Positions 17,965-27,589 of a stretch of 36,968 bases of DNA are shown piece after piece. The notes below the pieces were generated by a model, which was given only the letters and a program-made list of their open reading frames with translations, made no database searches and had not been told where the DNA came from. Numbering within the stretch: position 1 is the first letter of the stretch; each line of letters begins with the position of its first letter. Origin of the DNA: Actinomycetota bacterium (GTDB lineage Bacteria > Actinomycetota > Actinomycetes > Mycobacteriales > Micromonosporaceae); assembly GCA_046724195.1 (NCBI GenBank), contig JBKOWB010000433.1, positions 1 through 36,968 on the forward strand, in the 5' to 3' direction. The position numbers and the translations under genes were made by a program.

Positions 17965-18727
17965 CGAACAGGACGTCCAGTCCTGGGCCGCCGAACCCGA
18001 CGCTCGTCGTCTGGGTGGCAGCGGGCACCGCGACGATGGTGTCGAGCACCCCGTCCGGGGTGTAGCGGTGCACCTGTCCGCCGCCGTAGAGAGCCAGCCA
18101 GACGCCGCCGTCGGCGTCGACCGTGAGTCCGTCCGGGCTACCCAACGCCGGGTCGATGTCGAGGAAGCGCCGTCGTCGGGCCAGCGCTCCCGTGTCCAAG
18201 TCGAAGTCGAAGGCGTCCACGGCCTGCGCCAGCGTGTCGACCAGATAGAACGTCCGATCGTCCGGGCTCCAGTCGAGGCCGTTGCCCAACCCGACGCCAC
18301 GGACCATCTCGGTGCACCCGGCGCCGTCGAGCCGGAAGAGCGCGGCCCGCCCGGGCTCCATCCGGTAGGAGAGGGTGTCGGCCCAGAACCGGCCAGCCCG
18401 GTCGGCTCGTCCGTCGTTGAAGCGCAGCCCGGGATGGTCGGCGAGCACCGGGGCCAGGACCTGCTCGGACCCGTCGGCGTTCAGCAACACGATTCCCTCC
18501 CGGACGGCGGCAACCAGGCCGTCCTCGCCGTACGGCGCTACCGCACCGACGTGCCGACCCAGGTCCCGGCGGACATCCCGACCGCTGACCGGGTCGAACG
18601 CATGCACCGCCCCGGCCAGGATGTCCACCCACAGCAGCCGCTGCGTCCGAGCATCCCACCGCGGGCCTTCCGCCAGCTCGGCCCCGGCCAGCAGCACCGG
18701 CTCCGCCTGAAGCGTCCGCACCCCCAT
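17846..18727 (-). CDS. SMP-30/gluconolactonase/LRE family protein
   Basis: LAEGPRWD, WVDI, RFNDG, NGLDWSPD, PDGLTVDADG and FGGPGLDVLFVTTA. Confidence 0.92.
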   Translation of the reverse strand: MGVRTLQAEPVLLAGAELAEGPRWDARTQRLLWVDILAGAVHAFDPVSGRDVRRDLGRHVGAVAPYGEDGLVAAVREGIVLLNADGSEQVLAPVLADHPGLRFNDGRADRAGRFWADTLSYRMEPGRAALFRLDGAGCTEMVRGVGLGNGLDWSPDDRTFYLVDTLAQAVDAFDFDLDTGALARRRRFLDIDPALGSPDGLTVDADGGVWLALYGGGQVHRYTPDGVLDTIVAVPAATQTTSVGFGGPGLDVLFVTTAREHLDAAARAAQLNAGGILAVRPGTVGQPTASYAP

Positions 18728-18846
18728 CGCCACCTCGTCCCGTTCCACGCTGGCTGGCCGACACCGCCGGACTGAACCAGCCACCGGTATGTCTGAGTCG
18801 CCTATTCGGTGGCGGTGGCCAACGTAACGCTGCCATAGTGCGGCCT

Positions 18847-19584
18847 GTGCCGGAGAACTACTTCGACGAACGGATAGCCAGCAGCTACGAGGCCAAGTGG
18901 CCGGAGCTGTTCGAGCCTGCGGTCGTCGACCCGGCCGTGAACTTCCTCGGCGACCTGGCCGGGACGGGTGCGGCCCTCGAACTGGGCATCGGCACCGGCC
19001 GGATCGCATTGCCGCTGCGCCGGCGCGGGGTTCGTGTGCACGGGATCGAGCTTTCGCCGGCCATGGTCGCCCAGCTGCGAACGAAGCCAGGCGCGAACGA
19101 CATCGGCGTGACGATCGGCGACTTCGCTACCACCACGGTGGACGGCACCTTCACCCTTGCCTACCTCGTTCGCAACACGATCATGAACCTGACCACTCAG
19201 GACGCGCAGGTGGCGTGTTTCCGCAACGTCGCCGGACATCTGGAGCCGGGTGGGTGTTTCGTCATCGAGGTCATGGTGCCCGAGCTTCGACGTCTCCCGC
19301 CCGGCGAAACGATCCGCGCGTTCACGGCGACGCCGGCGCATTTCGGCTTCGAGGAGTACGACGTCGCGAACCAGATCGCGTTCTCGCACCATTACTGGCT
19401 CGTCGGCGGCCAGGCGGAAACGCTCTCGGCGCCGTTTCGCTACGTGTGGCCGTCCGAACTCGACCTGATGGCCCGGCTCGCGGGAATGAGGCTGCGCGAG
19501 CGCTGGAGCACGTGGAGCCGCGAGCCCTTCACCAGCGACAGCCGAGCACACGTCTCGGTCTGGCAGAAGTCGACGCAGCGGTAA
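18847..19584 (+). CDS. Class I SAM-dependent methyltransferase
   Basis: ALELGIGTGRIALPL, GIELS and HLEPGG..RYVWPSELDLMARLAG. CATAGT -10-like box 7 nt before GTG 18847. Confidence 0.9.
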   Translation: MPENYFDERIASSYEAKWPELFEPAVVDPAVNFLGDLAGTGAALELGIGTGRIALPLRRRGVRVHGIELSPAMVAQLRTKPGANDIGVTIGDFATTTVDGTFTLAYLVRNTIMNLTTQDAQVACFRNVAGHLEPGGCFVIEVMVPELRRLPPGETIRAFTATPAHFGFEEYDVANQIAFSHHYWLVGGQAETLSAPFRYVWPSELDLMARLAGMRLRERWSTWSREPFTSDSRAHVSVWQKSTQR

Positions 19585-19587
19585 GCG

Positions 19588-20160
19588 TCATCGCGCTTCG
19601 ACCGGGCCGTACACATGCGGGGCTAGGACCGCCGCGCACCGCAGATTGCGATACTGGCCGCGATAGTCGAGGCCGTACCCGACGATCAGGCCCGGACCGA
19701 TGTCGAAACCGATGTACGTCGGCGTGCCCGGGAACGCCGGCGGGTCCGGCTTGCGCAGCAGCGCGCACACCGCGACGGAGGCGGCCCGGCGCTGCGCGAG
19801 GTTGGTGATCAGCCAGGACATGGTCAGCCCGGTGTCGATGACACCGTCCACGATGATCACGTCGCGGCCGGCGATGTCCACGTCGAGATCCTTGAGCAGC
19901 CGTACCGACCCCGAGGCGCGGTTGTACGTGGTGTACGACCGGATCGCCATCCAGCTGACCTCGACCTGACCCTCGAACGCCCGGGCGAGGTCGACCGTGA
20001 ACGTGGCCGCGCCGGCAAGCACGCCGATGAGGATGGGCTCGCGCCCGGCGTAGTCCTTGCCCAGCTCCCTCGCCAGCACGCCCACCCGGTCGAGGATCCG
20101 CTCCTCGGTGAACAGCACCGACTCGAGATCATCCGCCACGTAGCTGGCGTCCACGGCCAC
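19588..20160 (-). CDS. hpt: Hypoxanthine phosphoribosyltransferase-like protein (divergent paralog)
   Basis: DLARA, LLKDLD, IDTGLT, LLRKP, VGYGLDY..YRNL and LAPHVYG. Several active-site substitutions. Confidence 0.8.
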   Translation of the reverse strand: MAVDASYVADDLESVLFTEERILDRVGVLARELGKDYAGREPILIGVLAGAATFTVDLARAFEGQVEVSWMAIRSYTTYNRASGSVRLLKDLDVDIAGRDVIIVDGVIDTGLTMSWLITNLAQRRAASVAVCALLRKPDPPAFPGTPTYIGFDIGPGLIVGYGLDYRGQYRNLRCAAVLAPHVYGPVEAR

Positions 20161-20358
20161 CCCCTACGGTCATCGGGGAATCCTGACACGGCGACCGGCG
20201 CGGACCAACCTCATGAGCGGTGGACGTAGAGCAGCCGGTGCGGCAGGGCAACCTCAGTAAGGTTTGACATACTCCATCAACCCTCCCGGCCATCTCCTGA
20301 CACCCGAAGGTTGCTCGAACACGCTGCGGCGCATCCATCAATCCGAAGGGACACCGCA

Positions 20359-20817
20359 ATGACCGGCAACGAACTCGTCATCACCCGGATCTTCGACGCC
20401 CCCCGGGCGCTGGTCTACCGCGCGTTCGTCGACCCCGACCAGCTCGCCCAATGGTTCGGCCCGGTCGGCTGGTCCGTCCCGCGCGACAGCATCGAGATCG
20501 ACGCGACGGTCGGCGGTCACCAGCGATTCACCATGGTCAACGACGAGGACAAGAGCATGATCTCGCCGGTGAACGCCACCTTCACCGAGGTGATCGAAAA
20601 CGAGCTCCTCGTCGGGGAGGAGACCACGGGCATGCGTGTGCGCATCGAGTTCCATGACGAGGAAGGCGGCCGGACCCGACTGGTACTGCGGCAAGGTCCG
20701 TACACCCCGGAGTGGGAGTCCAACGCCCGCGAAGGCTGGGCCAGCTCGTTCACCAAGCTGGACACGCTGCTTTCCGGGATCACGGGTCAGGCAGCGCCTC
20801 GGGCGCGCCGAACGTGA
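20359..20817 (+). CDS. SRPBCC/AHSA1 domain protein
   Basis: LVITRIFDAPRALVYRAFVDPDQLAQWFGP and GWASSFTKL. Confidence 0.9.
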   Translation: MTGNELVITRIFDAPRALVYRAFVDPDQLAQWFGPVGWSVPRDSIEIDATVGGHQRFTMVNDEDKSMISPVNATFTEVIENELLVGEETTGMRVRIEFHDEEGGRTRLVLRQGPYTPEWESNAREGWASSFTKLDTLLSGITGQAAPRARRT

Positions 20818-21520
20818 CCGGGACACCGGGGGAGTAGAGCACGCTCACCGGCGGTCCCTGCGGCGCAGGCAGGCCGGTCGCACTCACCAGCGAATCGTCG
20901 AGGTCGAGCAGCTCGGCGCGGTGCAACGGCCAGCGGGGGTGCTGGTTCGGCAGGTGCAGCGTCCGCCCCCACGCCCGGGTGTGCAGGCCCCAGCGGGCGG
21001 TCATGAACTGCTCCACCGGAGTCGGTGCCTCGATCGCCGGCCCGACCCGTACCGTCATGTGGTTGATCGCCGTCCGCGGCCCGGGCCACCGGCGCCGGCT
21101 GGAGTAACGCAGGATGCCGCCGCCGGACTCCAGGCGCATCCGGGACCACATGTACGGCAGCCGCAACAGGACCCGCGCGGTCAGCACGGGGAGCAGTCGC
21201 TCGGCGTCCAGCGAGCGGAACACCACCGCCCGCCGGCCCCGGCTGTCGACGCTGTAGAGCCGCACGTTCGTCTCGCAGAACGTGCCCAGATACGGCAGGC
21301 CGGGACCGCGCAGTGGCCCGAGGCCGACCATCCGGAACCCGATCAGCCCGACGTAGGTGATCCCGTCGAGCGTGTCCGGCACCGTCCCGGCCGGCAGGAA
21401 CGGCGCCACCGTCTCGGGCGGCACCGCCCAGTGCAGGAAGGCGAGATCGTGCCAGCGCTGCACCAGCCACGGCCGGCGCACCGGCCGTACCGTCTCGGGC
21501 GTGACGTCCTCGATCCGCAC
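20780..21520 (-). CDS. YqjF / DUF2071 family protein
   Basis: QRWHDLAFLHW, FCETNVRLY, VVFRSLDA, LPYMWSRM and HPRWPL. Confidence 0.9.
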   Translation of the reverse strand: MRIEDVTPETVRPVRRPWLVQRWHDLAFLHWAVPPETVAPFLPAGTVPDTLDGITYVGLIGFRMVGLGPLRGPGLPYLGTFCETNVRLYSVDSRGRRAVVFRSLDAERLLPVLTARVLLRLPYMWSRMRLESGGGILRYSSRRRWPGPRTAINHMTVRVGPAIEAPTPVEQFMTARWGLHTRAWGRTLHLPNQHPRWPLHRAELLDLDDSLVSATGLPAPQGPPVSVLYSPGVPVTFGAPEALPDP

Positions 21521-21557
21521 GGCCCCATGATGCCCGCGGCGCGCTACAAAGGTGGGC

Positions 21558-21971
21558 ATGCGAACGCGCAAATACCGCCTCGTGACGCGGTCCGAGCGGC
21601 TGAGCAACCGGACCATACGGTGGGCGCTCGAGCGCGGCGTCGCGCCGGCCACATGGGCGCTGCTCGAGACCATGGGCCGCCGATCAGGCCGGCCGCGGCA
21701 CACGCCGGTCGGCAACGGCCGCATCGGCCAGACGTTCTGGCTGGTCGCCGCGCACGGCCGGCAGGCCGATTACGTTCGCAACATCGAGCAACAGCCCGTC
21801 GTGCGGGTGAAGATCGGTCGTCAGTGGTGGACCGGGACGGCCGCCATCCTGGACGACGACGACCCGGGCGCCCGCTCACGCAGGCTGCCGCACAAGCTGG
21901 ACGCAGCGCTCGGCCGCCTGATGGCCTCGCAGCCGCTGACCATCCGCATCGACCTGGAGACGCTCACCTGA
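21558..21971 (+). CDS. Deazaflavin (F420)-dependent nitroreductase-like oxidoreductase
   Basis: LLETMGRRSGRPRHTPV and ADYVRNIEQQPVVRVK. Confidence 0.88.
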   Translation: MRTRKYRLVTRSERLSNRTIRWALERGVAPATWALLETMGRRSGRPRHTPVGNGRIGQTFWLVAAHGRQADYVRNIEQQPVVRVKIGRQWWTGTAAILDDDDPGARSRRLPHKLDAALGRLMASQPLTIRIDLETLT

Positions 21972-22039
21972 CGCCGCGACGGCGTGCCACCGACGCCGGA
22001 TACGCATCGCCCGCGCCCTTTGTGGGAACTACTGCACGC

Positions 22040-22780
22040 ATGCCGGCGCGCCACCGTTTCCGCCTCGCGATCCTGGCGCCGCTCGTTGCCGCGCTGATCG
22101 CGCTGGGCTGCGTGTCGGGGCCGCGCGCGCCGTCCGAGGAGCCGCAGCCCACCCGTCCCACATCCACCGGGACCGCCGCGGCGGACGGCACGAACCAGCC
22201 GGAGGGCACGGACACGCCGCAGGAGTTCGCGCTGGACGTCGACGGTGCCCGGCGGATCGCGGACGCCTACTGGGCGAAGCAGTTCGACGCCGCTGGGCTG
22301 AACTTCCGGCCGATCAGGCGGCTGATCCCGTACGAGCGGGACGGCGAGGTCGACTGCGGCGGTCAGCCGCTGGGGCGGAACAACGCGGCGTACTGCTCCG
22401 CCGGTGACTTCATCGCGTACGACGTCAACTGGGCGTTCGCCGCGTTCCGGCAGATCGGCGACGCGTTCATCTATTACCTGCTCGGCCACGAGTACGGCCA
22501 CGGCATCCAGCTGCGGCTGGGCATCCAGAAGCAGTACACCATCCAGCAGGAGTTGCAGGCCGACTGCATGGCCGGCGCGTACATCGGTGACTCGGTGCGC
22601 GATCGGCAGCTCGCGCTGCAGGACGGCGACCTCGATGAGCTGGCCCGCGGTCTGGAGGCGGTGGGCGACGACCCTGGCCAGCCATGGTTCGCGGAAGGCG
22701 CTCACGGCACCGCGGAGCAGCGTACGCAAGCCTTCCAAAGCGGCCTGGAGGAGTCGCTCAGGCCGTGCAACGTGTGGTAA
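22040..22780 (+). CDS. Neutral zinc metallopeptidase lipoprotein (YpfJ/LpqM-like)
   Basis: Signal peptide with lipobox IALGC, NAAYC, HEYGH, ELQADCMAG and HGTAEQR. Confidence 0.88.
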   Translation: MPARHRFRLAILAPLVAALIALGCVSGPRAPSEEPQPTRPTSTGTAAADGTNQPEGTDTPQEFALDVDGARRIADAYWAKQFDAAGLNFRPIRRLIPYERDGEVDCGGQPLGRNNAAYCSAGDFIAYDVNWAFAAFRQIGDAFIYYLLGHEYGHGIQLRLGIQKQYTIQQELQADCMAGAYIGDSVRDRQLALQDGDLDELARGLEAVGDDPGQPWFAEGAHGTAEQRTQAFQSGLEESLRPCNVW

Positions 22781-22842
22781 CCCCGGACCGGTACGGCGCA
22801 GAATGAGGCATCGGCTCGACCCACCGGCCCGGGAGGCCCGCC

Positions 22843-23514
22843 CTGAACTCACCACAACCGGCCGCGGTGCTCTTCGACATGGACGGAACGCTGGTCGACA
22901 GCGAGAAGGTGTGGGACATCGCGCTGAACGAGCTGGCCGAGCGAGCCGGCGGCAGGCTGTCGATCGAGGCGCGGCAAGCGATGATCGGCACCGACATGGG
23001 CCAGACCATGCGCATCCTGCGCGCGGATCTCAACCAGCCCCACCGCCCCGAAGCACCGGACGTGGCATGGCTGACCGACCGGGTGTTCGAGCTGTTCGCG
23101 CATGGGCTGGTCTGGCGTCCCGGCGCCTGTGAGCTGCTACACGCCGTACGGGCGGCGGGGATACCCACCGCGCTGGTCACCTCGACCGGCCGCAAGCTCG
23201 TCGAGGTCGCGCTGGACACACTCGGCCGGGAGAACTTCGACGTCGTGGTCTGCGGTGACGAGGTGCGCATGCCGAAGCCCGACCCGGAGCCGTACCGGAC
23301 GGCTGCCGACCTGCTCGGCGTCGCCATCGAAGACTGCGTCGCCATCGAGGACTCCCCGACGGGCGTGGCCAGCGCGGTGGCCTCCGGCGCCGCGGTTCTG
23401 GCGGTGCCGGCCGAGCTGGAACTCCCGGAGACCGACGGCGTCCATCTCATGACGACCCTGCAGGGCGTGGACCCGGCTTACCTCGCCGACCTACTGGCCG
23501 CCGCGACCGCCTGA
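22843..23514 (+). CDS. HAD family hydrolase
   Basis: FDMDGTLVDSE, KPDPEPY and IEDSPTG. The start is probably CTG 22843 (GGAGG 6 nt upstream); the first canonical start is GTG 22867. Confidence 0.9.
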   Translation: MNSPQPAAVLFDMDGTLVDSEKVWDIALNELAERAGGRLSIEARQAMIGTDMGQTMRILRADLNQPHRPEAPDVAWLTDRVFELFAHGLVWRPGACELLHAVRAAGIPTALVTSTGRKLVEVALDTLGRENFDVVVCGDEVRMPKPDPEPYRTAADLLGVAIEDCVAIEDSPTGVASAVASGAAVLAVPAELELPETDGVHLMTTLQGVDPAYLADLLAAATA

Positions 23515-23532
23515 TCCACGCCCAGCAGGCGT

Positions 23533-26085
23533 CTAGTCGTGGGCGATGGCGCCCAGGACGTTGAGGCGAGCCGCCCGGATCGCCGGCACGACCGCGGCGA
23601 TCACCCCGACCAGGGCGGCCAGCAGCAGGTACGTGCCCATGCGGGTCCACGGCAGGACCAGGTCGGTGATGCCCTCGCCGTGCAGCGCCCGCACCACGGC
23701 GGTGCCCATGCCCGCGCCCACGGCCACGCCCAGCAGCGCGCCGAATACCGAGATCACCACAGCCTCGACCGTCACCATCCGCATGGTCTGCGCCCGACCC
23801 AGACCGACCGCGCGAAGTAGGCCCAGCTCGCGAGTACGTTCCAGCACCGACAGCGCGAGCGTGTTCACGACGCCGAGAACCGCGATCAGGATCGCGAGCG
23901 CCAAGAGGATCTGCACCATCGTGATGAGCGTGTCGAACGAGCTCGTCTGCTGCGCCACGAACCCGCTGCGATCGGTCGCCGACACCTCGGGGCTGTCCGC
24001 GAGCAGCGCCTTGACCTGTGGCAGCACCTGCGCCACCGGCACGCCGTCGTGCAGCCGGACGTACCCGAACATCGGCTGGGGAACGGCGAAGTCGGCCGCC
24101 GCGGCGCCGGGCAGCAGATAGCCACCGGGCAGGGCGTCCTCGGCGTACGTCGCGACGATCGTGTAGGTCCGCGCCTCGCCTCGGGATAGTTGCACGTTCA
24201 GCTGCGTGCCCAGCGCCCACCCGTGTTCGCGCGCCTCCTTGCTGCTGACCGCGATCTGATCCGGCCGCAGCGTGGCGAGGCTGCCGGACGTGGCGGCCGC
24301 GCCGTACGCGTCGGCGAGGCGGGCGAGGTCGTCGGCGGCGTAGACGTAGGTGCGCCGGCCGTCGATGATCGCCTGGTCGTTCCAGACGCCGGCGGCCGCC
24401 CGTACCCCTGGAATCGACGCGGCCTCGCGGAGAACGGCCGGGTCGAACGACGGCGGCCGCGGCCCGGTCTGCTCCCCGCTGATGATCACCTGCGCCTTGA
24501 TGGTGTCCTCGGCCTTCGCGGAGAGGCTGCTCTTGGCCGAGTCCATCACCACGGTCACGCCGGTGACCAGCGCGATGCCGACCATGAGCGCGGCGGCCGT
24601 GATCGCCGTCCGGCGCGGGTTGCGACCGGAGTTGAGCCGGCCCAGGCGCCCGGGCAGCGACCAGGAGAACAGGCGGCCGAGCGCCGCCACCACCGGGCGG
24701 CTGATCAGCGGCGTGAGCAGGGCGACGCCGACGAACGTGACCAGCACTCCAGCCAGGATCAGGGTGAGCGTCGCGTCGCCGGAGCCGCCGTACAGACCGA
24801 CTCCGAGCGTGGCCGCGCCGGCGGCCCCGACGAGCGCGCCGGCGACCGTGACCCGGGTCAGCGGCCGGTCCGGCGTAGCGACGTCCTGCATCGCCGCGAC
24901 CGGTGCGATCCGCGACGCCCGCAGTGCCGGCAGGACGGCCGCCACCACCGTGACGACGACGCCCACGACGAAGGAACTGATGATCGCCGCCGGTGGCACG
25001 CCGACCGGGGCCAGCTGGAGACCGCCGCCCGCGAACGCACCGAACAGATACGCGAGCAGCGAACCCACGCCGACGCCGGCGGCCAGGCCGAGTACCGCGG
25101 CGACCAGGCCGATGGCCACGGCCTCGACGAGCACCGAACCGATCATCTGGCGACGGCTCGCGCCGAGAGCGCGCATCAGAGCCAGCTCACGGGTGCGCTG
25201 CGCGACGATGATCGAGAACGTATTCAGGATCAGGAAGATGCCCACGAACAGTGCCACGCCGGCGAAGCCCAGCAGGATCTTGTTGAAGAAGCTGAGCCCT
25301 TCCCGCAGCCCGGCAGCGTTGTCGTTGGCGAGCTGGTCGCCGGTCTTCACGACGTAGTCCGGACCTAACGCCGCGCCGATCCGGTCGCGCAGCCGCTCGG
25401 GCGTGACGCCGCCGTCCGCCCGTACCCGGATCGAGGTGTAGGTCCCGGTCGCGCCCAGCATGAGCCGTTGCGCGACCGGCTCGGTGAACGCGACCTCCTG
25501 GACGCCGCCGAGGCTGTCCCGTTCGCCGCTGTAGCCGTAGATCCCGACGAGCGTGAAATCCTTCTTGGGAGCCAGGGTCAACACCCCCACCCGATCGCCG
25601 ACCCTCAGCCCGGCCTGCTTGGCGGTGGCCGCGTTGAGCGCGATCTCCTCCGCGGTCTGCGGGCCGCGGCCCGCACGCAGCTGCACGAGATCGTCGGTGC
25701 CGGTCCAGTTGATGCCGAGCCGCGGCGGCCCGCTCGAGGTCAGGACCTTGCCGTCGCTGCCGATCACCCGCGCGCCGTCGGCCTCGACGAGGCCGGTCGC
25801 GCTCTTCACCCCGTCAACCTCGGCGACCTTCCGTACGGCCGAAACGGGCAGCGGCGCCGACACCTCCTCGCCTTCCATCTCGGACACGGCGATCTTGGGT
25901 TTCGCGGAGACGCCGACGTCGGTCTGCGAGTACGCGCTCGCGAACACCGCGTCGAACGAGCGGCTCAGCGTGTCGGTGACCACGAACGCGCCGGCCACGA
26001 ACATGACGCCCAACACGACGGCCAGGCCGGAGAGCACCAGCCGCAGCTTGCGGGCCAGCAGGCTCTTCAGTGTCGCGCGCACCAT
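23533..26085 (-). CDS. ABC transporter permease (FtsX/MacB type, duplicated)
   Basis: NTFSIIVAQRTRELALMRALGASRRQ and NTLALSVLERTRELGLLRAVG. Confidence 0.93.
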   Translation of the reverse strand: MVRATLKSLLARKLRLVLSGLAVVLGVMFVAGAFVVTDTLSRSFDAVFASAYSQTDVGVSAKPKIAVSEMEGEEVSAPLPVSAVRKVAEVDGVKSATGLVEADGARVIGSDGKVLTSSGPPRLGINWTGTDDLVQLRAGRGPQTAEEIALNAATAKQAGLRVGDRVGVLTLAPKKDFTLVGIYGYSGERDSLGGVQEVAFTEPVAQRLMLGATGTYTSIRVRADGGVTPERLRDRIGAALGPDYVVKTGDQLANDNAAGLREGLSFFNKILLGFAGVALFVGIFLILNTFSIIVAQRTRELALMRALGASRRQMIGSVLVEAVAIGLVAAVLGLAAGVGVGSLLAYLFGAFAGGGLQLAPVGVPPAAIISSFVVGVVVTVVAAVLPALRASRIAPVAAMQDVATPDRPLTRVTVAGALVGAAGAATLGVGLYGGSGDATLTLILAGVLVTFVGVALLTPLISRPVVAALGRLFSWSLPGRLGRLNSGRNPRRTAITAAALMVGIALVTGVTVVMDSAKSSLSAKAEDTIKAQVIISGEQTGPRPPSFDPAVLREAASIPGVRAAAGVWNDQAIIDGRRTYVYAADDLARLADAYGAAATSGSLATLRPDQIAVSSKEAREHGWALGTQLNVQLSRGEARTYTIVATYAEDALPGGYLLPGAAAADFAVPQPMFGYVRLHDGVPVAQVLPQVKALLADSPEVSATDRSGFVAQQTSSFDTLITMVQILLALAILIAVLGVVNTLALSVLERTRELGLLRAVGLGRAQTMRMVTVEAVVISVFGALLGVAVGAGMGTAVVRALHGEGITDLVLPWTRMGTYLLLAALVGVIAAVVPAIRAARLNVLGAIAHD

Positions 26086-26852
26086 CAGAGCATCACCGGG
26101 TCGGCGTGCGTGTCCAGCCGCCTCATCGTGTCCAGGACGGTGTCGGGTGTCGGGTCGGCGAGCTCGTCGACGATCTCGCCGTCGGCCAGGAAAACGACCC
26201 GGTCGGCGTAGCTCGCGGCCAGCGGATCGTGGGTGACCATCACGATCGTCTGGTTGTGCTCGCGGACGCTGGCCCGCAGGAACGACAGCACCTCCGCGCC
26301 CGAGCGGGAGTCGAGGTTGCCGGTCGGCTCGTCCGCGAAGATGACATCCGGGCGGCCGATCAGCGCTCGCGCGCAGGCGACGCGCTGCTGCTGGCCGCCC
26401 GAGAGCTGGCTGGGCCGGTGCGAGAGCCGGTCACGCAGGCCGACCGTGTCGATGACGATGTCCCACCACTGCCGGTCGGGCTTGCGCCCGGCGATGTCCA
26501 GCGGAAGCCGGATGTTCTCCCCGGCGGTAAGCGTCGGCAGCAGGTTGAACTGCTGGAAGATGAAGCCGACCCGATCACGGCGGAGCCGGGTCAGCGCCTT
26601 GTCGCTGAGGTTGGTGAGCTCGGTGCCGCCGATGTGCACGGTGCCGCGGGTGGCGGTGTCGAGTCCCGCGAGGCAGTGCATCAGTGTGGACTTGCCGCTG
26701 CCCGACGGTCCCATGATCGCAGTGAACCGGCCCCGCCCGAAGTCGGCGCTGACGCCGCGCAGCGCGACGACGCGGGTCTCGCCGGAGCCGTACACCTTCC
26801 AGAGCTGGTCCGCGCGTGCCGCCACCGGCCCGCGGGCGTTCGTCGCCGTCAC
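26085..26852 (-). CDS. ABC transporter ATP-binding protein (LolD/MacB type)
   Basis: GPSGSGKST, LSGGQQQRVA, ADEPTGNLD and VTHD. GTG start with GAGGGGG RBS. TGATG coupling to the permease. Confidence 0.93.
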   Translation of the reverse strand: MTATNARGPVAARADQLWKVYGSGETRVVALRGVSADFGRGRFTAIMGPSGSGKSTLMHCLAGLDTATRGTVHIGGTELTNLSDKALTRLRRDRVGFIFQQFNLLPTLTAGENIRLPLDIAGRKPDRQWWDIVIDTVGLRDRLSHRPSQLSGGQQQRVACARALIGRPDVIFADEPTGNLDSRSGAEVLSFLRASVREHNQTIVMVTHDPLAASYADRVVFLADGEIVDELADPTPDTVLDTMRRLDTHADPVML

Positions 26853-27033
26853 TGTTGCCCCCTCGTCCGGTACTTGGTCCGACCGGGCGCTGCGCCCGGC
26901 CGGCCTGCCCAGTCTTTCGGCGCGACTCCTGCGGGACGTCCGCCCACGGGGGGAGCGGAACGCGGAAATTTCGGTGCGGGTACCACCCATCCGCGGCTCA
27001 GGGTTTGCCCGGATATCCCCGTCCGACACCGCT

Positions 27034-27076
27034 ATGACGCTTGACTGACGTCAGATACGACGTCATAGTGATGTCA
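27034..27076 (+). promoter_or_regulatory. Leaderless sigma70-type promoter overlapped by a TGACGTCA operator array
   Basis: TTGACT (27041-27046), 17 nt, CATAGT (27064-27069), 6 nt, ATG. Boxes TGACGTCA at 27046, CGACGTCA at 27058 and TGATGTCA at 27069. Confidence 0.75.
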
Positions 27077-27561
27077 TGGAACTGACGCCGTACCTCGAAG
27101 CGCTCCGCGCCGATCTCGCCGCCGCCGCGGCGCCGGGCGGTCCCGACGTCGCCCGGGCCGCCGAGATGCTGGGCAACTCCCTCGAAGCCTCCGCCCGGCT
27201 GGCGCTGCTCGAGGCGCTGTCGGACGCGGCCGCAGAGATCACCACCCGGCTCCGCGACGCCAGCGTCGAGGTCCGACTCCGCGGCCGCGAGGCGGACCTG
27301 GTGGTCAACCGCACCGCGGCGGTCGCGGAGGCCGCACCGGACGTGCCCGTGCCGGACGGCGGCGACCTCGCCCGCATCACGTTGCGAATGCCAGAGGCAA
27401 TCAAGACGCACGTCGAGCAGAGCGCGGCGGCCGAAGGCGTTTCGGTCAACGCATGGCTCGTCCGGGCCATCGCCGCGGCGGTCAACCGCCCGTTGTCACC
27501 GCCGCCCTCGTCACCCGGATCACGCTCCGGCCGGCGGATCACCGGATTCGCGCAGGCCTGA
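27076..27561 (+). CDS. Ribbon-helix-helix (Arc/HicB-like) DNA-binding protein
   Basis: LALLEALSDAAAEIT..VEVRLRGRE and a C-terminal RHH, RITLRMPEAIKTHVEQSAAAEGVSVNAWLVRAI. Confidence 0.85.
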   Translation: MELTPYLEALRADLAAAAAPGGPDVARAAEMLGNSLEASARLALLEALSDAAAEITTRLRDASVEVRLRGREADLVVNRTAAVAEAAPDVPVPDGGDLARITLRMPEAIKTHVEQSAAAEGVSVNAWLVRAIAAAVNRPLSPPPSSPGSRSGRRITGFAQA

Positions 27562-27589
27562 CCCCTCACCAACGCTCAAGGAGATCGTC

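Noticed and set aside
20161-20358. Purine riboswitch or operator upstream of the hpt paralog
   Set aside because: Only scattered 8-mer duplications (CAACCTCA, CCTGACAC, TCCATCAA) and no coherent fold that I could support.
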